DNA of 64,000 bases, taken from the NCBI RefSeq assembly GCF_026210795.1, contig NC_089429.1, forward strand, positions 3,844,001 through 3,908,000, written 5' to 3'. Shown piece by piece: positions 50,305-63,279 of this stretch; the stretch's first letter is position 1; each line of letters opens with the position of its first letter. Source of the DNA: Rhizophagus irregularis. Its lineage: Eukaryota. A program made the position numbers and the translations under genes. The notes under the pieces were generated by a model. The model did no database searches, had not been told where the DNA came from, and was given only the letters and a program-made list of their open reading frames with translations.

Positions 50305-50952
50305 CTAAAAAACGTTATCACAGAGATCAAGAGCCACGAAAAGTTTTTCTAGAGCATTTTTAAAGCCTTCCATGTTATTAGGAAATGAATTTAATTTTTC
50401 TTTTGCCTCTGTTCGTGTTTTGGATCTATCCCCGTGAAATTCGCAATTACTTTTGAATTTCACTAGTATCAATATTTCATACTCCTCAAGTGTCATATGA
50501 ACGTTAGTTAGTACAGTTTCTAATTGTAAAACATAATCTCTCTCAGAGGTAGAATAATTGGCTATTGAATTTTCTACTTTGTTGTAGATTGCCGACTGTG
50601 CTTTACTCCATACATTAAAGTCGCCCACCTGACCTCTCAAACGTTTATTGAAAAAGGAGATCCAATCTCTGTACTCACTCAAAGCATTTTTTATTTCTAG
50701 TTTGTTAAGTAACCTTTTTGATAAGTCAATGAGATCATTACTAACAACTCTTTGTTGTTCCATTATATTGATAACCTGTTTTGTGTTGTCTTTTAGATCT
50801 TTCAAGGATTTCGTACATTCATTAAAGTCTTGGTCATAAATGTTTTGCTTGAGGGTTTTAATAAGTCTCTTATTCTCAACACATTTATCTTCAAAGGGTT
50901 TGGCGAACTTAGAGTCTTGTTGAATCAATCTATTTAAGGTTACGGTTTCCAT
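50305..50952 (-). CDS. Hypothetical coiled-coil protein
   Basis: Uninterrupted 215 aa ATG-initiated ORF in very AT-rich DNA. Confidence 0.7.
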   Translation of the reverse strand: METVTLNRLIQQDSKFAKPFEDKCVENKRLIKTLKQNIYDQDFNECTKSLKDLKDNTKQVINIMEQQRVVSNDLIDLSKRLLNKLEIKNALSEYRDWISFFNKRLRGQVGDFNVWSKAQSAIYNKVENSIANYSTSERDYVLQLETVLTNVHMTLEEYEILILVKFKSNCEFHGDRSKTRTEAKEKLNSFPNNMEGFKNALEKLFVALDLCDNVF

Positions 50953-50989
50953 AGTTATTAGAAAAATTTAAGATTATTATTTCTACGAA

Positions 50990-51145
50990 GTATAGTACGC
51001 GTCAAAGAGAAAAAAAAAATTAAGAATTATGAGGAAGAGTATGGAATAATATTATAGTACGCGTCAAAGTGAAAAAAAAAATTAAGAATTATGAGGAAGA
51101 GTATGGAATAATATTATAGTACGCGTCAAAGTGAAAAAAAAAAAT
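50990..51145. repeat. ~64 bp tandem repeat, 2.4 copies
   Basis: TATAGTACGCGTCAAAG at 50991, 51053 and 51115. Confidence 0.9.
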
Positions 51146-51861
51146 TAATTCAAGGAAGTTTGAGGGTATTTAAATACTTTATATACCTTTCTGAATAGAC
51201 TCTTGCATGTAACACGAATACTGACTCATTAGATGCGAATTCGATTCTCAAAAAAGATGAATAATGTTACGTAATTTTTAGGTCGTACAAGTGTCGTACG
51301 TAAGGACACTTTTTTTTCTTCGTTAAAAAAGAAACCGACCTATCGCAGTGTTGACGAAAGAATTGTTGAAGCTTCGGACGAGACATTTACGCAATTTAGG
51401 TATGAATGTTTTGGCTGTGGCTGTGCATTTGCAAGGAAGTGACCCATCGCTTGCAGAGCTAATATCTATTTTTTTGCTCAGAAATTTCGAGGACCTTATT
51501 AAGCGAACATAAACTTTCGGTGAGTTTTACTAAGATCGATATCGTTAATTTACTTCTGACTCCGCGTATTTTATGCATAATTGACGACCATTCTATTTTA
51601 TTCAGAGTATCGACGTTGGGACGAATGAAATCGGATTAGAGATATTGTGTTAGTATAGATAGCTTAGATGAATGAAGCACCGGCAGGCATTAGTATAGGA
51701 TTCTACTTCACTTTGTAAACGTTTATGTATTTTCGAATCTTGTAATTTATTTTTTTACATCAATAAATCAGTAATTCCGATCATGACATTTGTCACAGTT
51801 TTTTTATCTATGCTAACAAACTATTGAATTATTCCGTTTTATATAAAAATTAATATCGAAC

Positions 51862-54118
51862 ATGCAATCCATCGATTCATTGAGAGAATTAAATTCCAAG
51901 CTCTTAGCTGAGATTGCTGAGCTTAGAAAAGAGAATACTGAGATTCCCAAACTTTGAGAGAAATTTGCTGAAGTTGAGGCTGAGAATGCGAAGCTGAGAC
52001 AGATTATTGAGGAGAATGCCAGGCGTGATGCTGAGAATGCTGAACAAAGGGCTAGAATAGAAGAGTTAGAGAAGAATAGTGCAAATATTTTGGCAGAGAA
52101 TACTGAGCTTAAGATTAGAGTTGCGAAGTTGGAACAAGATTCTAAACAGCCACAGAATGATTCACATGTTGAGGAAGCTGTCGTCATACCAGAGTCTGTA
52201 TCAATCCAGCTTAATCAACATACACCTGTTTGTAAAGCGGGGGTTTCAGAGAAACCATCAGCAAATGTAATTGTACCAGAGGTGTCTAAATCATCGGAGG
52301 AGAAAGAGATGGATAAATTCTTGGATGAGGCAGATAAGAAAAGCGTTAGTGATAGAATAAGGCGATGCAATAAGGAGAAGAAACTTTTACGTGAGTCAAC
52401 CAAAAATCAAATCCAGGCTGTTACTTCTGTAGATTCGAAATTATCACGTGACAAAAAACCGTTACCATTGGTAACGATCAAGATTCAAAATTATCATTCA
52501 GTACAGGCGATGATATCTCTGCTTCGCTTTCATTAATTAATGAAAGGGTGGATACTAGAGTGATTCAGGATAACTTATCATGCGACATGAAAATGATCTC
52601 TTGTGTCGATAGTGAGGATGTCTCATCTGATGAAATGCCTGGGCCAATTGCTACACAACCGCTTGATAGAAATCAACTCACTGAACAAATTTTGAAGCAT
52701 GATCTTTCTAGACCTATTTCTTCAGTGGCATCAGTTGAACTACATGACGAATCCATCTTAAACAACGCAATTGAGGGCTCTACGCGGAGATTAGCTTATT
52801 GGATTGATGAGGCTATAAAAACAGGTCTAAAAGAAATCTTATATTTGTATCATTATTCCCTCGAGTTCGAAGAAAAAGTAAAAAATATTACAGCTGATAG
52901 CAAGACTAAAGATAAGACAGCAAGATCGATGATATACAAAGATATGTTGCAGTATTTACCTAATGTCACTCTGGGTAATTTGTGAATCTGAACACATAGA
53001 GCTAAAAATATTCTTATGCTATTTGGAGAAAAAGGGGTCGGGATTGATAGAATTAAGTTAGTTACTTGTAGCGCGAGTGATATTTCTAGATTAAATAATA
53101 CTCAAATTCAAAATATTATAGATTATGTGAATGATCGGGTTCATGTAATTTCGAAAACCGTTACCAATGGTAACAATCAGAGTCATGTGACTTTTGCAGA
53201 AACGATTTCATCAGTCACATCTCAAACAAGTAGGACTAATCCAACCTATGACCGCACCTATTTTCAAAACAAGACATTGGATCAATATCAAAATTTATAT
53301 AGAGAATTTAGTAGTGAAAATTTCGATTATTATGGAATTACCAACGAGAAATTATGCCCATTATGCAAGTTAGGTCATGACGATGAGGAAAGTATAGAAG
53401 GTAGGTATAAAGCTGGATCTTACTTTATTAAATGTGAACAGCATGAAATTGAGATTATAGATACTTCGAAAGATGATCTAATTATTTTTTTTGGAAATAT
53501 GATAAGAAATATTAGACAGCTTTCTATCCGGGAATTTAAATTGATCTGTAATCATAGAAAAAAGCAACATGAGCAAGTCCGATAAAGTATTAACCCCTGA
53601 GTAGCTGGATTGGCATGCCAAATTAAGTGGGTTACCAAGCGCTTTGACAGATAAGATTCGTTCTAAATTATACAAAAAATATAAAAAAGAAACTGGGCAT
53701 GAGCCATGGCAATTATCAGAAGCCCGCCTTTTCATAAATTTGAAGCCAGAAAACAAAGTATCCTATTTATCTTCTTCTGAGCAATGTGAAGAAAAAGGGC
53801 TTATAACTTTTAAAGTCAGACCCGATCCAGAATTAATTATCAAATCTGTTTTGGAGCACTTCCCATACTTGAAATTCGGAAATAGTTTCAGAGGGATTGA
53901 TAAATAATTTTACATCACCTCAGCCGTGAAGTTCACCATGCCCTATTTGTGATGGAAAACATGGGAATTATAGATTACATGGCTCATAGTACTGCAAAAA
54001 TGGGAATCAGCTCCCTTATGATCCTGAATTAACGAAATTGTATTCTCAAGACAAATTGGAATATTGCCTTACCTGCAATACTTCAAGCATTAAACTCAAG
54101 TTCGTAATTATAGCATAG
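51862..54118 (+). pseudogene. Degraded coiled-coil / Cys-motif protein
   Basis: ATG at 51862 (MQSIDSLRELNSKLLAEIAELRKEN), followed by consecutive fragments 52090-52536, 52548-52985, 53016-53585 and 53644-53907 separated by stops and frameshifts. CPLC and CPIC motifs. Confidence 0.7.
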
Positions 54119-54399
54119 CCGGTCATGTGGACCTGATCACCTGAAATACTCCGGTAAATTCTTGCCGAAGAATAGGGGCTGTGCAATGTGCGAATCACGA
54201 TTTTTATTTATTTTTTGCATATATTAATAAAGTGAGTCTAACATTGAATAATTCCCATTGTGAAAAAAATAATATCAGCTATGTCAGTTAGCTGTTAGCA
54301 AGGTAGCCTATCAGAGCTTGATTTATTGAAATTTTGCATTGTTTATTAAACCAAACCCGAGTTCATCATATTCGAAAAGATTTAAACCTTTCACAGGAT

Positions 54400-55099
54400 G
54401 AGCTAGAGCATCTAATAATGCGTTGTGTTCTAATACTCTAAATGAATTAAATCTAAAAAATGCCATTTTTTGCTTGCTCAGATAAATTAGAAAGGTGCAT
54501 GGTTAATAGCCTAAGAAGGATAAAACGTTGACGAGCTTTCCAGTCTCGATAAAGCTTTTTTCAAGCATCTTCACCAAAATCTTTTTTATAATCCCATCTG
54601 TCATATAATTTGCTAGAAAATACATCATCATCTTCAATATCATCATCATCTTCGTTATCATCATCGAACAGCCAGAATTCATCATCATCATCATCAGTAT
54701 CGGCGCCTAACCCAAATTTATTATTACCATCACTAGGACCAGAAATAATTAGTAAGCTTTGTTCCATAGCTGGAGAGATATTTACTAAGAAATACTTATC
54801 TTTAATTTACGTTCAAAAACCTCTTCACCTAGTCGAGCCAGAATAATTCTTCGAATCAGATGCTAAAGCATAAGCAGTATCATGAATGTTTGGTCACAGT
54901 AAGTAAAAATATTTCGAATCACGTAGTTTATTCTTCTCAGATCTGCAGAATATTCTATGCGCAGTAGTATGTCACCAGCATCTGCAGTCGTCATTTTTAA
55001 AGGATCTATTAATAAACCCAATATTTTTGTATTGCTATAGTGATGAACTTTCCCCAGCGCCAAACTGAAAGAAGTTCTGGTATATTATATCTTACTCAT
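54400..55099 (-). pseudogene. Degraded hypothetical gene with an acidic D-rich tract
   Basis: Overlapping - strand fragments 54863-55063 and 54561-54767 (DTDDDDDEFWLFDDDNEDDDD). Confidence 0.45.
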
Positions 55100-55938
55100 T
55101 ACGCAGTTCTGAATTACTAATAAAAAAACCACATCCCTGATTTACATTTTGCGGATCGTAAGACAGGGTGTTGATAAAAAGAAATTCAAAAATGGAAATA
55201 GAGCTGATTAGAATCAATGATTTACAGATTTACCCACAGGTAAATAAACGGTATATTTTTATTATCCTACTGACGTTAGCACATTCAAATTACGTGTACA
55301 GGTTAATCACACATTAATCCGTTTTTTGAATAGGAATTAGTAATACATGTGTGATTTGTCATCTACAGATCTCGATCCATGATGAACAAATATTTCAATT
55401 TTTATTCTTTTTTCGTGATTACAATTGAAATAGGAGTGGGGCTGTAAACTCAGACAAAGATGCACTACATGCGATCTTCTGTTTTGTAAGAGATCTTAGA
55501 AATAAATGGAAAATTTTGAGACATGGCATTGCTTCATTAGTGTTACATTAAGTTGTCATAAAACTGTAATTCGTCGGATTTACTTTTTAAGCGCTATTAT
55601 TACAATTCAGGGGAGAGATATTTGTTATTATTAGACGAGATCCAGGCTGTGACTTTAGGTGAAAAAAATATAATTATGAAAAAAATGTAATAATGACAAG
55701 TACGCATAATAAAACAACGTAATTTTTTATTTGATCTATTTAAATTAGATTAAATTCTCTTTTTGCGCATAGTAGGCATACAGTATAAAATAAACCTTTT
55801 TTCCAGCGCATTTACGCAAAAGATTGCATATTAAAAAAGTATATCTAAAAAACTTGATCCACCAATAAAATTTCTTAATAAAATTACTACGCCTAATCAT
55901 GTCCAGTTTGTCATTGCTCAACTCTTCAGGAGTTATGC

Positions 55939-56912
55939 TTTTTTTGACCTTAACCGCTGTTTTTTTGTTCATTGGTCCAGTGTTAATCATGGGGATCGCT
56001 ACCATGTGGTCAAATCTCAAATAAAAAATTTCTGATGAACTTTCTGCATGTGTCATTAGAATCGTCAATGATCTTAATACAAAAAATAATACACCAGAGG
56101 AAATCGAAAAGACCTTTATTGAAATAAACAAAAAGTTTATGGCAGAATTCAATACCAAAATCTCTAATGAAGTCACCACACGTCTTTCTGAAATTAATGC
56201 ATCTTTCACTGCAGAGTTCGGCAGAATTAATACTAAGCTTAATAATAAACTTACCGCAGAAATTGAAATTTTTAGGGCACGTAATGCGGCTACGCCACAG
56301 AAGCGCAGAAAATATTGGGAAGACTTAATAACATCGAGGAAGCCTGCCATAATGACTCTGGCAGTATTAGATTCCTAGTGGAATCCGTTACATCCAGATT
56401 CATGTCAATTAATGTTGTTATCAAAGATCTCCAAAACAAAATAAATCATTACGTGGTAGTTCAAAGGACCAACAAAGTGTGTCCAATGAATCTGAAGCTA
56501 ATTTGACCAATGAATCTGAAACTGATTCGCGAGGCTCTTCAACTAATTCATCTTCAAGCTCTTCCGGTTCTTCTGGTAAGATAAAAACAAAATAATTCTT
56601 GATAATCAATGCTTTATGTATTAGGGGTTTGACTAACATTTTTTGATTGCAGGCTCGAGCCAAAAATTCACAAATATTATTTCTGTAATCCTGAAACAAT
56701 TTATTGACATCTTTGATAGGATTAAGGGTGCGAATGATTATTCTTTAGATCAGATATGTGCTGTTGTATCGGTTGATATTCTTAGTAGACTTGGGATGGG
56801 AGTAATTGGGAAAGATACAATAAAGGGATTTTATCGTAAAGATAACATAAGTAGCAAAAATTTAGAAAAAATAGGTACTTGGGTGGATCATACTCATTTA
56901 CATCGTTACTGA
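55939..56912 (+). pseudogene. Degraded hypothetical gene with one intron
   Basis: Fragments 56139-56378 and 56643-56912, intron GTAAG 56576 to CAG 56652, in-frame stops. Confidence 0.5.
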
Positions 56913-57279
56913 GTAGCGGGGAAGGAACTGCCATTATGTGAGTTAGGGCTTGGCAAATTCCTCCCTTGAAACAACTTGCTACTCCAATATCTTTCATTAG
57001 TTTCATTTTTTTTTTGTATAGCCGGCCGGCCCTTTCTCATGTATTACTTTGCAATAAAGAATGTTTTGATTGATTTTTAAAAAAATATGTGTTTCGTGTT
57101 TTACAAGTGATATTTATTAATTACATTTGCTTATTAATACAGCTATAATTGTAAAAAACAAACAGCTAGAACATTAAAATGCTATTTTACAGTTGCTAAG
57201 TGCTATACATATATATTAATAAAAAATATTCTATCTCCTATTGTTCTTCCAAACTGTTTTCTTTGCCACCATAATTAAT

Positions 57280-57965
57280 TGTTACATTAATTATATTCGC
57301 ATTTTGAGAGAATGGAAGTAACAGGTCTGCTTGAAGCGCCTCCAGTAGAGACAACAGGAGTCTCAATAGAAGGCGTTACTAGAAGTATCAGACCCTGTTT
57401 CGAAAGGATTCAAACTCTCAGAAGATGACTGCCCATCTGATACGACTGTCAAGAGTGTTGGTAAAGGTGTTGTGGAGACGGTTGTATTAGATGATGATGG
57501 ACGTTGTGTTCCTAGAAACAATAAATATCCCTCAATCTCCTTTTTCTAAAAAAATAATATCTAGTTGGAGAAATATATTACAAAACTAATTACCAGGTTC
57601 TTGCCAAAATTCTGTGGAGAATTCCTTGTAATATTATTCTCCAACAAGACTCCTCTTATTTTTAGTTCCTTCATAATAGGCTTTAGTCGACTAAGTAAAT
57701 GAGGGTATTAGATTAGAGACGGTTAATAGCTCTCAGAAAAACCAGACTATACACTTACATAATATGCTCGAGTTAATAATAAAAATTTCTTATTGCAAGC
57801 TTTCCCGGTAAAATAATTCAAATTATTAACTTCGTTGAGCTTCTCTGCTATTTTTTCCCAAAAGATTCTCTTATTACGATTAGGGGTACAGTGATATTCT
57901 TCATTACCATTTTTACGTTCATTGATGAGAAAGTGGGTTTGTTCATTATTCCACTCAAGAGACAT
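57280..57965 (-). CDS. Myb/SANT-like (trihelix-type) DNA-binding protein, spliced
   Basis: WNNEQTHFLINERK..FWEKIAEKLN..FTGKACNKKF. Introns at ~57693-57759 and ~57512-57593, with an S/T/P-rich tail. Confidence 0.7.
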
Positions 57966-58537
57966 TTTTACGGTTTAAGAAAAGTGGGGTAACACCGTAA
58001 TAGAGCAAGTGAAAAAAGCCTCACCTTTAAGTGCCATGATTTAAATGAAGTTGAGATTAGTGTTGTTTAAAAAATAATATCTGATATGATTAATCGAATT
58101 TTAATGGTAGCTTAGCTACTCACGCGCAAAATCTGATTGGTTGATCCTCGTGATTTGAGTTGCGGGAAGGTTGCGAGGAAGTACCGGGAACTGTTTAGGA
58201 GGCAGGGTGATACAAATTTTTATGTTGTACATCATGCAAAGCACTTACGGTCAAACCACATGTAAATATAAAATTAGCTTAGCTGAGATATGTCACTGAT
58301 ATGACCCTATATAAATCCCGATATGCTAGTAATCGAATAAAAAATGAATTTTGATTTACTAGCATGTAGTCTCACAAATCGGCTACAAATCAACTAATCG
58401 CTAATCAGTAAATCCATATAAATTTGAATGATGATATTATCTAGTATAAGTTGCTAAAAGAATTGCTAGAATACACTGAAATTGCTATAATTTGCTAAAA
58501 TGCTATAAATCACTAAGATCAGTAATAAACTATAAAA

Positions 58538-59880
58538 ATGGTTAAAACTAACTATTCTGGTTTAAATCCTGTAGTAGTGAAAGCATTAACTAATCTGCAT
58601 TACAGATATACCGATGAAACGCCAAAAATGTGGTGTTCTCATATTCGTGTTTCATTTAGGAAACTTATCGAATATAATCCAATATTCTTCTCAAAAAATG
58701 AATATATTCATATAACTGAAAGATTATATAAAGATGGGGAATTTAGACCTGAGAAGCGTTCATTTCATATATATTGCACTGCATGTGATTCCTTAGTATT
58801 TATCTGTGATAATACCGAGAAATGCGCAAATAAGCATCTGAATGAATGCATTGCTAAAATAGAGGAAAGGCGTGTTGCTTATTATAGATCTATATTATGG
58901 AAATGAAAAATTAAAAGAGCACTTAGTTCTGAAGAAGAGATTAATAGGGTTTATTGTAACATATATTTTAGATATAAAAAATCGTATGAATATATAGATC
59001 TTCACCCTACAAATGAATTTAAGGAAAAGATACATCGCTTTATTAATAGTGCAATAGCTATCCAACGGATTTGGAGAGCTTTCAAGTTGGGACCTGAAAC
59101 ATGGGTACAACGAGTCTGGAATATAGTAAGGAATGATGGTACTCCCGATAGAAAGAGATTTTTAGGCGAACTTCCATCTTTTCAAAGGATAATAATAAAT
59201 CCCGAGACTCAAGAAGAATATGCTTTACGTGTTGGTGAATTTGTTGACGGATTTATGAAAAACTGTATTTATATCGAAAATTTTAATCTAGCTGAACTGG
59301 TCACTCCAGGACCCCGAACAATACTGAAATAGGTAACAAGAAATAACGCGTAGAATAGGCTAAAATGATCATGAAAATCTTTCCTTTTTTAGATAAATTT
59401 TGATAACGTTGGTAAGAAATATATTACTTTATTTAGTAACTGACTGACATTATCATAATTCCGGCCCTGAAAAAATGCGTAGAGCTAATAGTAAAATTTT
59501 GCCAATTTCCTATGACCTATTTATATATTGTTCGGGGTCCTGTCACTCCGTATAAGGAATATATTGATTTAGTACGTCCTACTACATGGATAGAAAATAA
59601 GAAACACCAGTTGTTGAATCGTTTAAGTATTGTAGCATATATAGTTGCTTTTATAGTAGTATTACATCAGCAAGACTATAGAAACGTTAAATATGGTGGA
59701 TGGTCTTGTCAGTTAAAGTGTCTATTGAATTCTGAATATTACTGTATTAATCAATACGATCATCACGAAGTTGATCAAATGTTAGACTTGTATTCATCAA
59801 ACACAAATTATTTAATAAATACTTTAATGTTTCATGAACATCTATTTGTATTTAAAATAAGCATTTATTTATCATTGTAA
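58538..59880 (+). pseudogene. Degraded hypothetical gene (CxxC..C..H finger, IQ-like motif) interrupted by a MITE
   Basis: Fragments 58538-58906, 59087-59306 and 59549-59880. Motifs CTACD..C..H and AIAIQRIWRAFK. Confidence 0.65.
59307..59542. mobile_element. MITE with CAGGACC termini (236 bp)
   Basis: TIR CAGGACCCCGAACAATA / TATTGTTCGGGGTCCTG with duplicated TCACTC. Excision restores LVTPYKEY. Confidence 0.92.
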
Positions 59881-61080
59881 TAAATTACAAATTAAATATT
59901 AATTATTAAATACTTCATAATTGCTACTTTAACAAAACACTTAAAAAATATTTTAAATTAATACTTATTAATTGCTATGAAAAAAAAATATCAATTAAAC
60001 ATTTGAATTTATTATTAAAAAAACATAGAATATAAGCATTTAGATTTTGTTATTTTTATATTAAGTCTTAGGGGCTTACCTTTGATGTAATAATATAAAC
60101 TTGTTAAAAAAAAATCATGTCCCAAAATTAGTATTACGCGTATCACGTGATATAGATTAATCTTTTTTTTACAAATTTTTTTTTTAACGAAGCTTCACTT
60201 TTTTCACTCTTTTATTTTTCCTTTCCTCTCTCTCACTTTCCCATTTTTTTTCCTTCCTTTCACTCTCTCCATTTCCATTTCCTTTATTCTTTTCCTTTGT
60301 TCTTTCCTCTTTTTTATCCTTTCCCCTTCTGTTTAAAAGTTAAAATCACCCATAAAAAAAACCAAAAATTCTTTTTTTAAACTAAAAATGTAAGGGTTTT
60401 GCGGTGTAATATATGCAAAACTACCAAAATTAGTTTCGTAAAATCATAAAATGTGAAACTGCAAAACTGTCAAAACCTGCAAAACTGTTTTGATATTTCG
60501 CTGTAGTATATCATATGATATACATATAGTTCTAACATTTATAGATCATGATCATATTCAATATATATATATACTATATATATACAATTTCGGTCTATTT
60601 GGTCTATTTAAACTAAAAAAATTTTATTTTTTTTTTAGTTCCAGTATCGGTTATGATTATCGATCTGATCAATTGATAATCTTTTTTATATAGAAATTCG
60701 TTAGAAAAAATTTACTATCACGTATAAAATGTTAAAAAGCTAAAAGCTAATTCAATAAAATTGTAAAAAAAAACATTTTTATAAAACCTTTTATGTTCAA
60801 GTGAAATGACAAAAGTTAATCAATTTTTTTCTTTAGGAATGTTCCTGGTTGGTAAGTTGATTGATTTTTTTTATTATTGTTTTTCATTTCTTTGGTTCTA
60901 ATTTTGTTTTTTTTTATTAGATTTCGTTTACTTCATTTTTATTATTTTGTAGAAAACCACTTTGAAACTAGTTAAAACTGAAACCTACAAAAAAATAGTC
61001 TAACCGGTAAAGAAAATGTTAAACCAGTGTAAGTTCAAGAAATAATTTTTTGGACGCAAGATTTCTGTAAAGTGTAAATG

Positions 61081-62680
61081 GTAAGTTTCATAGTGAAACT
61101 TATCATTTTTTCCTTTTTTTTTCAATAGAAACACTAAATAACGTTTCTTTTGCTATTTTTTTTTGTAGGTTTTTTTTGAAATATCGGGCAGTAATATTAA
61201 ATCTCAATAATGGTAAGTTTCATTATGAAACTTTACTATTTCTTCCTTTTTCCTGAGCTTGGATTTCGGCAAGGAACTTTATGGTAAGTTAAGGAAAGGG
61301 ATGTGTGAAGCTGGAACTTTTTCTTTTATTTAAGAATGTTACTAATACTAATGTTTATTTCATTCTTTTCTATAGAGACACCTGGACTCAGACTTCGGCT
61401 AGGAAACTTGATGAAAGGTAAGTTGTAAATTGAAGGAGTTGGAATTGTGTATTTTGGGAATATTACTAACATTTCTTTTCTTTTTTTTTAGGGACAACTT
61501 CACTTAGACTCTTGGTTTCTTTGACACGTGAGTCTTAAGTACGTTTTTTTTATTTTTCTTAATTTAACTACTTTAACAAACTGTTATTAACAATTCGCTT
61601 TTTTTTCTTTTTTAGCTTAACTAAAAATAAAATAAATTGATGATGGCTTGGGAATTCGGTAAGTCTTAATTTTTTTTTACTAATTTTTTTATTTTTAACG
61701 AACCATACTAACAGTTCATTTTTTTTTCTTTTTTAGGCGGATCTTTCTGGTTTCTGGAGTTTGGACGGCTTGGATTTTTGAATACTTGAATTTGGTAGGA
61801 GAAGGGCTATTTTTTAATTATTCTTTAATAAAACATTTACTAATGTTTCGTTTTCTTTCTCTTTTTTAGACAGCTTCTTTTTTTTTAAGTCTTTGAACAC
61901 GTGGATTACGGTATATATTTTTGTTTCTTAAATTTTTTTATTATAACGAAATGTTAATCTAACAATTTCGTTTTTTTATTTTTTTTTAGGCGAGTCTTCT
62001 TTGGATGTGACATTTTGGTAAGTAACTTTTTCTTTTATTTATTTTAACAAAATGTTTATTAACGCTTTATTTATTATTCTTTTTTTAGTCAACTTCAAAA
62101 TTTCCTAGGCACGAATTCGTAAGTTTTTTTATATTTAATTTATTTCTTTTAACAAAAATTACTAATCATATTCATTTCTTTCTTTTTTTTAGTCAGTTTG
62201 CTCTTCAGGTCTGAACATGTTAGATTTGGTGGGCTATTATTTTACTTTATTATTTGTTTAAACGAAATGAATGAAGCGTTTTTAACGTTTCAATTTTTTT
62301 ATTTAGATGGTCAGGCCTTTGGTATGGAATATCAGTAGGAAAAATCAAAAATATTTTTTTGAATTTATTTCTTTTAGCAAAATATTCTTACTGACATTTC
62401 AATCCTTCTTTTTTTAGGCGATCAGATTATTGGATGCGTAGATTTTAATTGGTATTAGAATTTTTCTTTGATTTATTTCTTTTTAACGAAATGCTTTATT
62501 AACGCTTTGATTTATCTTTTTTCTAGACGCTCAGATCTTTGGACGCGTAGAATTTTGGTAAGGAGAATTTTTTTTGAATATATATCTTTTAGCGGAACGT
62601 TTTTATTAACGTTTCAATTTTTCTTTTTTTAGACGACCTGGTCTCTATATGTAGTGATGATCTGTGGCTTATGGTGGTCT
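61081..62680 (+). other. Tandem intron / micro-exon array (~14 introns)
   Basis: Periodic GTAAG-like donor, YTAAC branch point, poly-T and TAG acceptor every ~100-135 bp, separated by 28-58 nt related exons. Confidence 0.75.
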
Positions 62681-62860
62681 GTTCTGCCTTCAGTTTTTTT
62701 ATACCGCACTTTCTGCTACAACCAGAGAATGCATTATTTAATTTTGTTTCTTTTTGGCTGTTACTGAATATAATATCCTATTATATATGGAATTTCGCAA
62801 ATTTCTAATTTAAATAGTAGTAAGGTCTGAAAAAGTAAATTAGTCATAATATAAAGATAC

Positions 62861-63279
62861 TACTTTACAGAAACTTTAAGTTTTCAAGTGATATCATTTC
62901 AATATCATTTCAATATCATTTCAATATCGATTTAATATCGATACGATATCGAAATAAAGTATTATCACTTCGATATCATTTCGATATTAAATCGATATTA
63001 AAATGATATCAAAATGATAATAGAAATGATATCGAAACAACATCTTTAAGTTTAATTTAAAGATATCATTTCGATATCATTTTAATTATCATTTCGATAT
63101 CATTTCAATATCAATTTAATATTGAAATGATATCGAAGTGATAATACTTTATTTCGATATCGTATCAATATTAAATCGATATTGAAATGATATCGAAATG
63201 ATATTGAAATGATATCGTTAAGATAAACTTAACGATATCGATTCTATATTGATTAAAAATGGTAAGTTTCTGTAAAGTA
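62861..63279. mobile_element. Palindromic MITE with GATATC-rich internal repeats
   Basis: TIR TACTTTACAGAAACTT / AAGTTTCTGTAAAGTA, with many inverted GATATCATTTC/GAAATGATATC 11-mers. Confidence 0.75.

Noticed and set aside
57747..57965. PIF/Harbinger element implied by the Myb-like gene
   Set aside because: No Harbinger transposase, TIRs or TAA/TTA TSD were found nearby.
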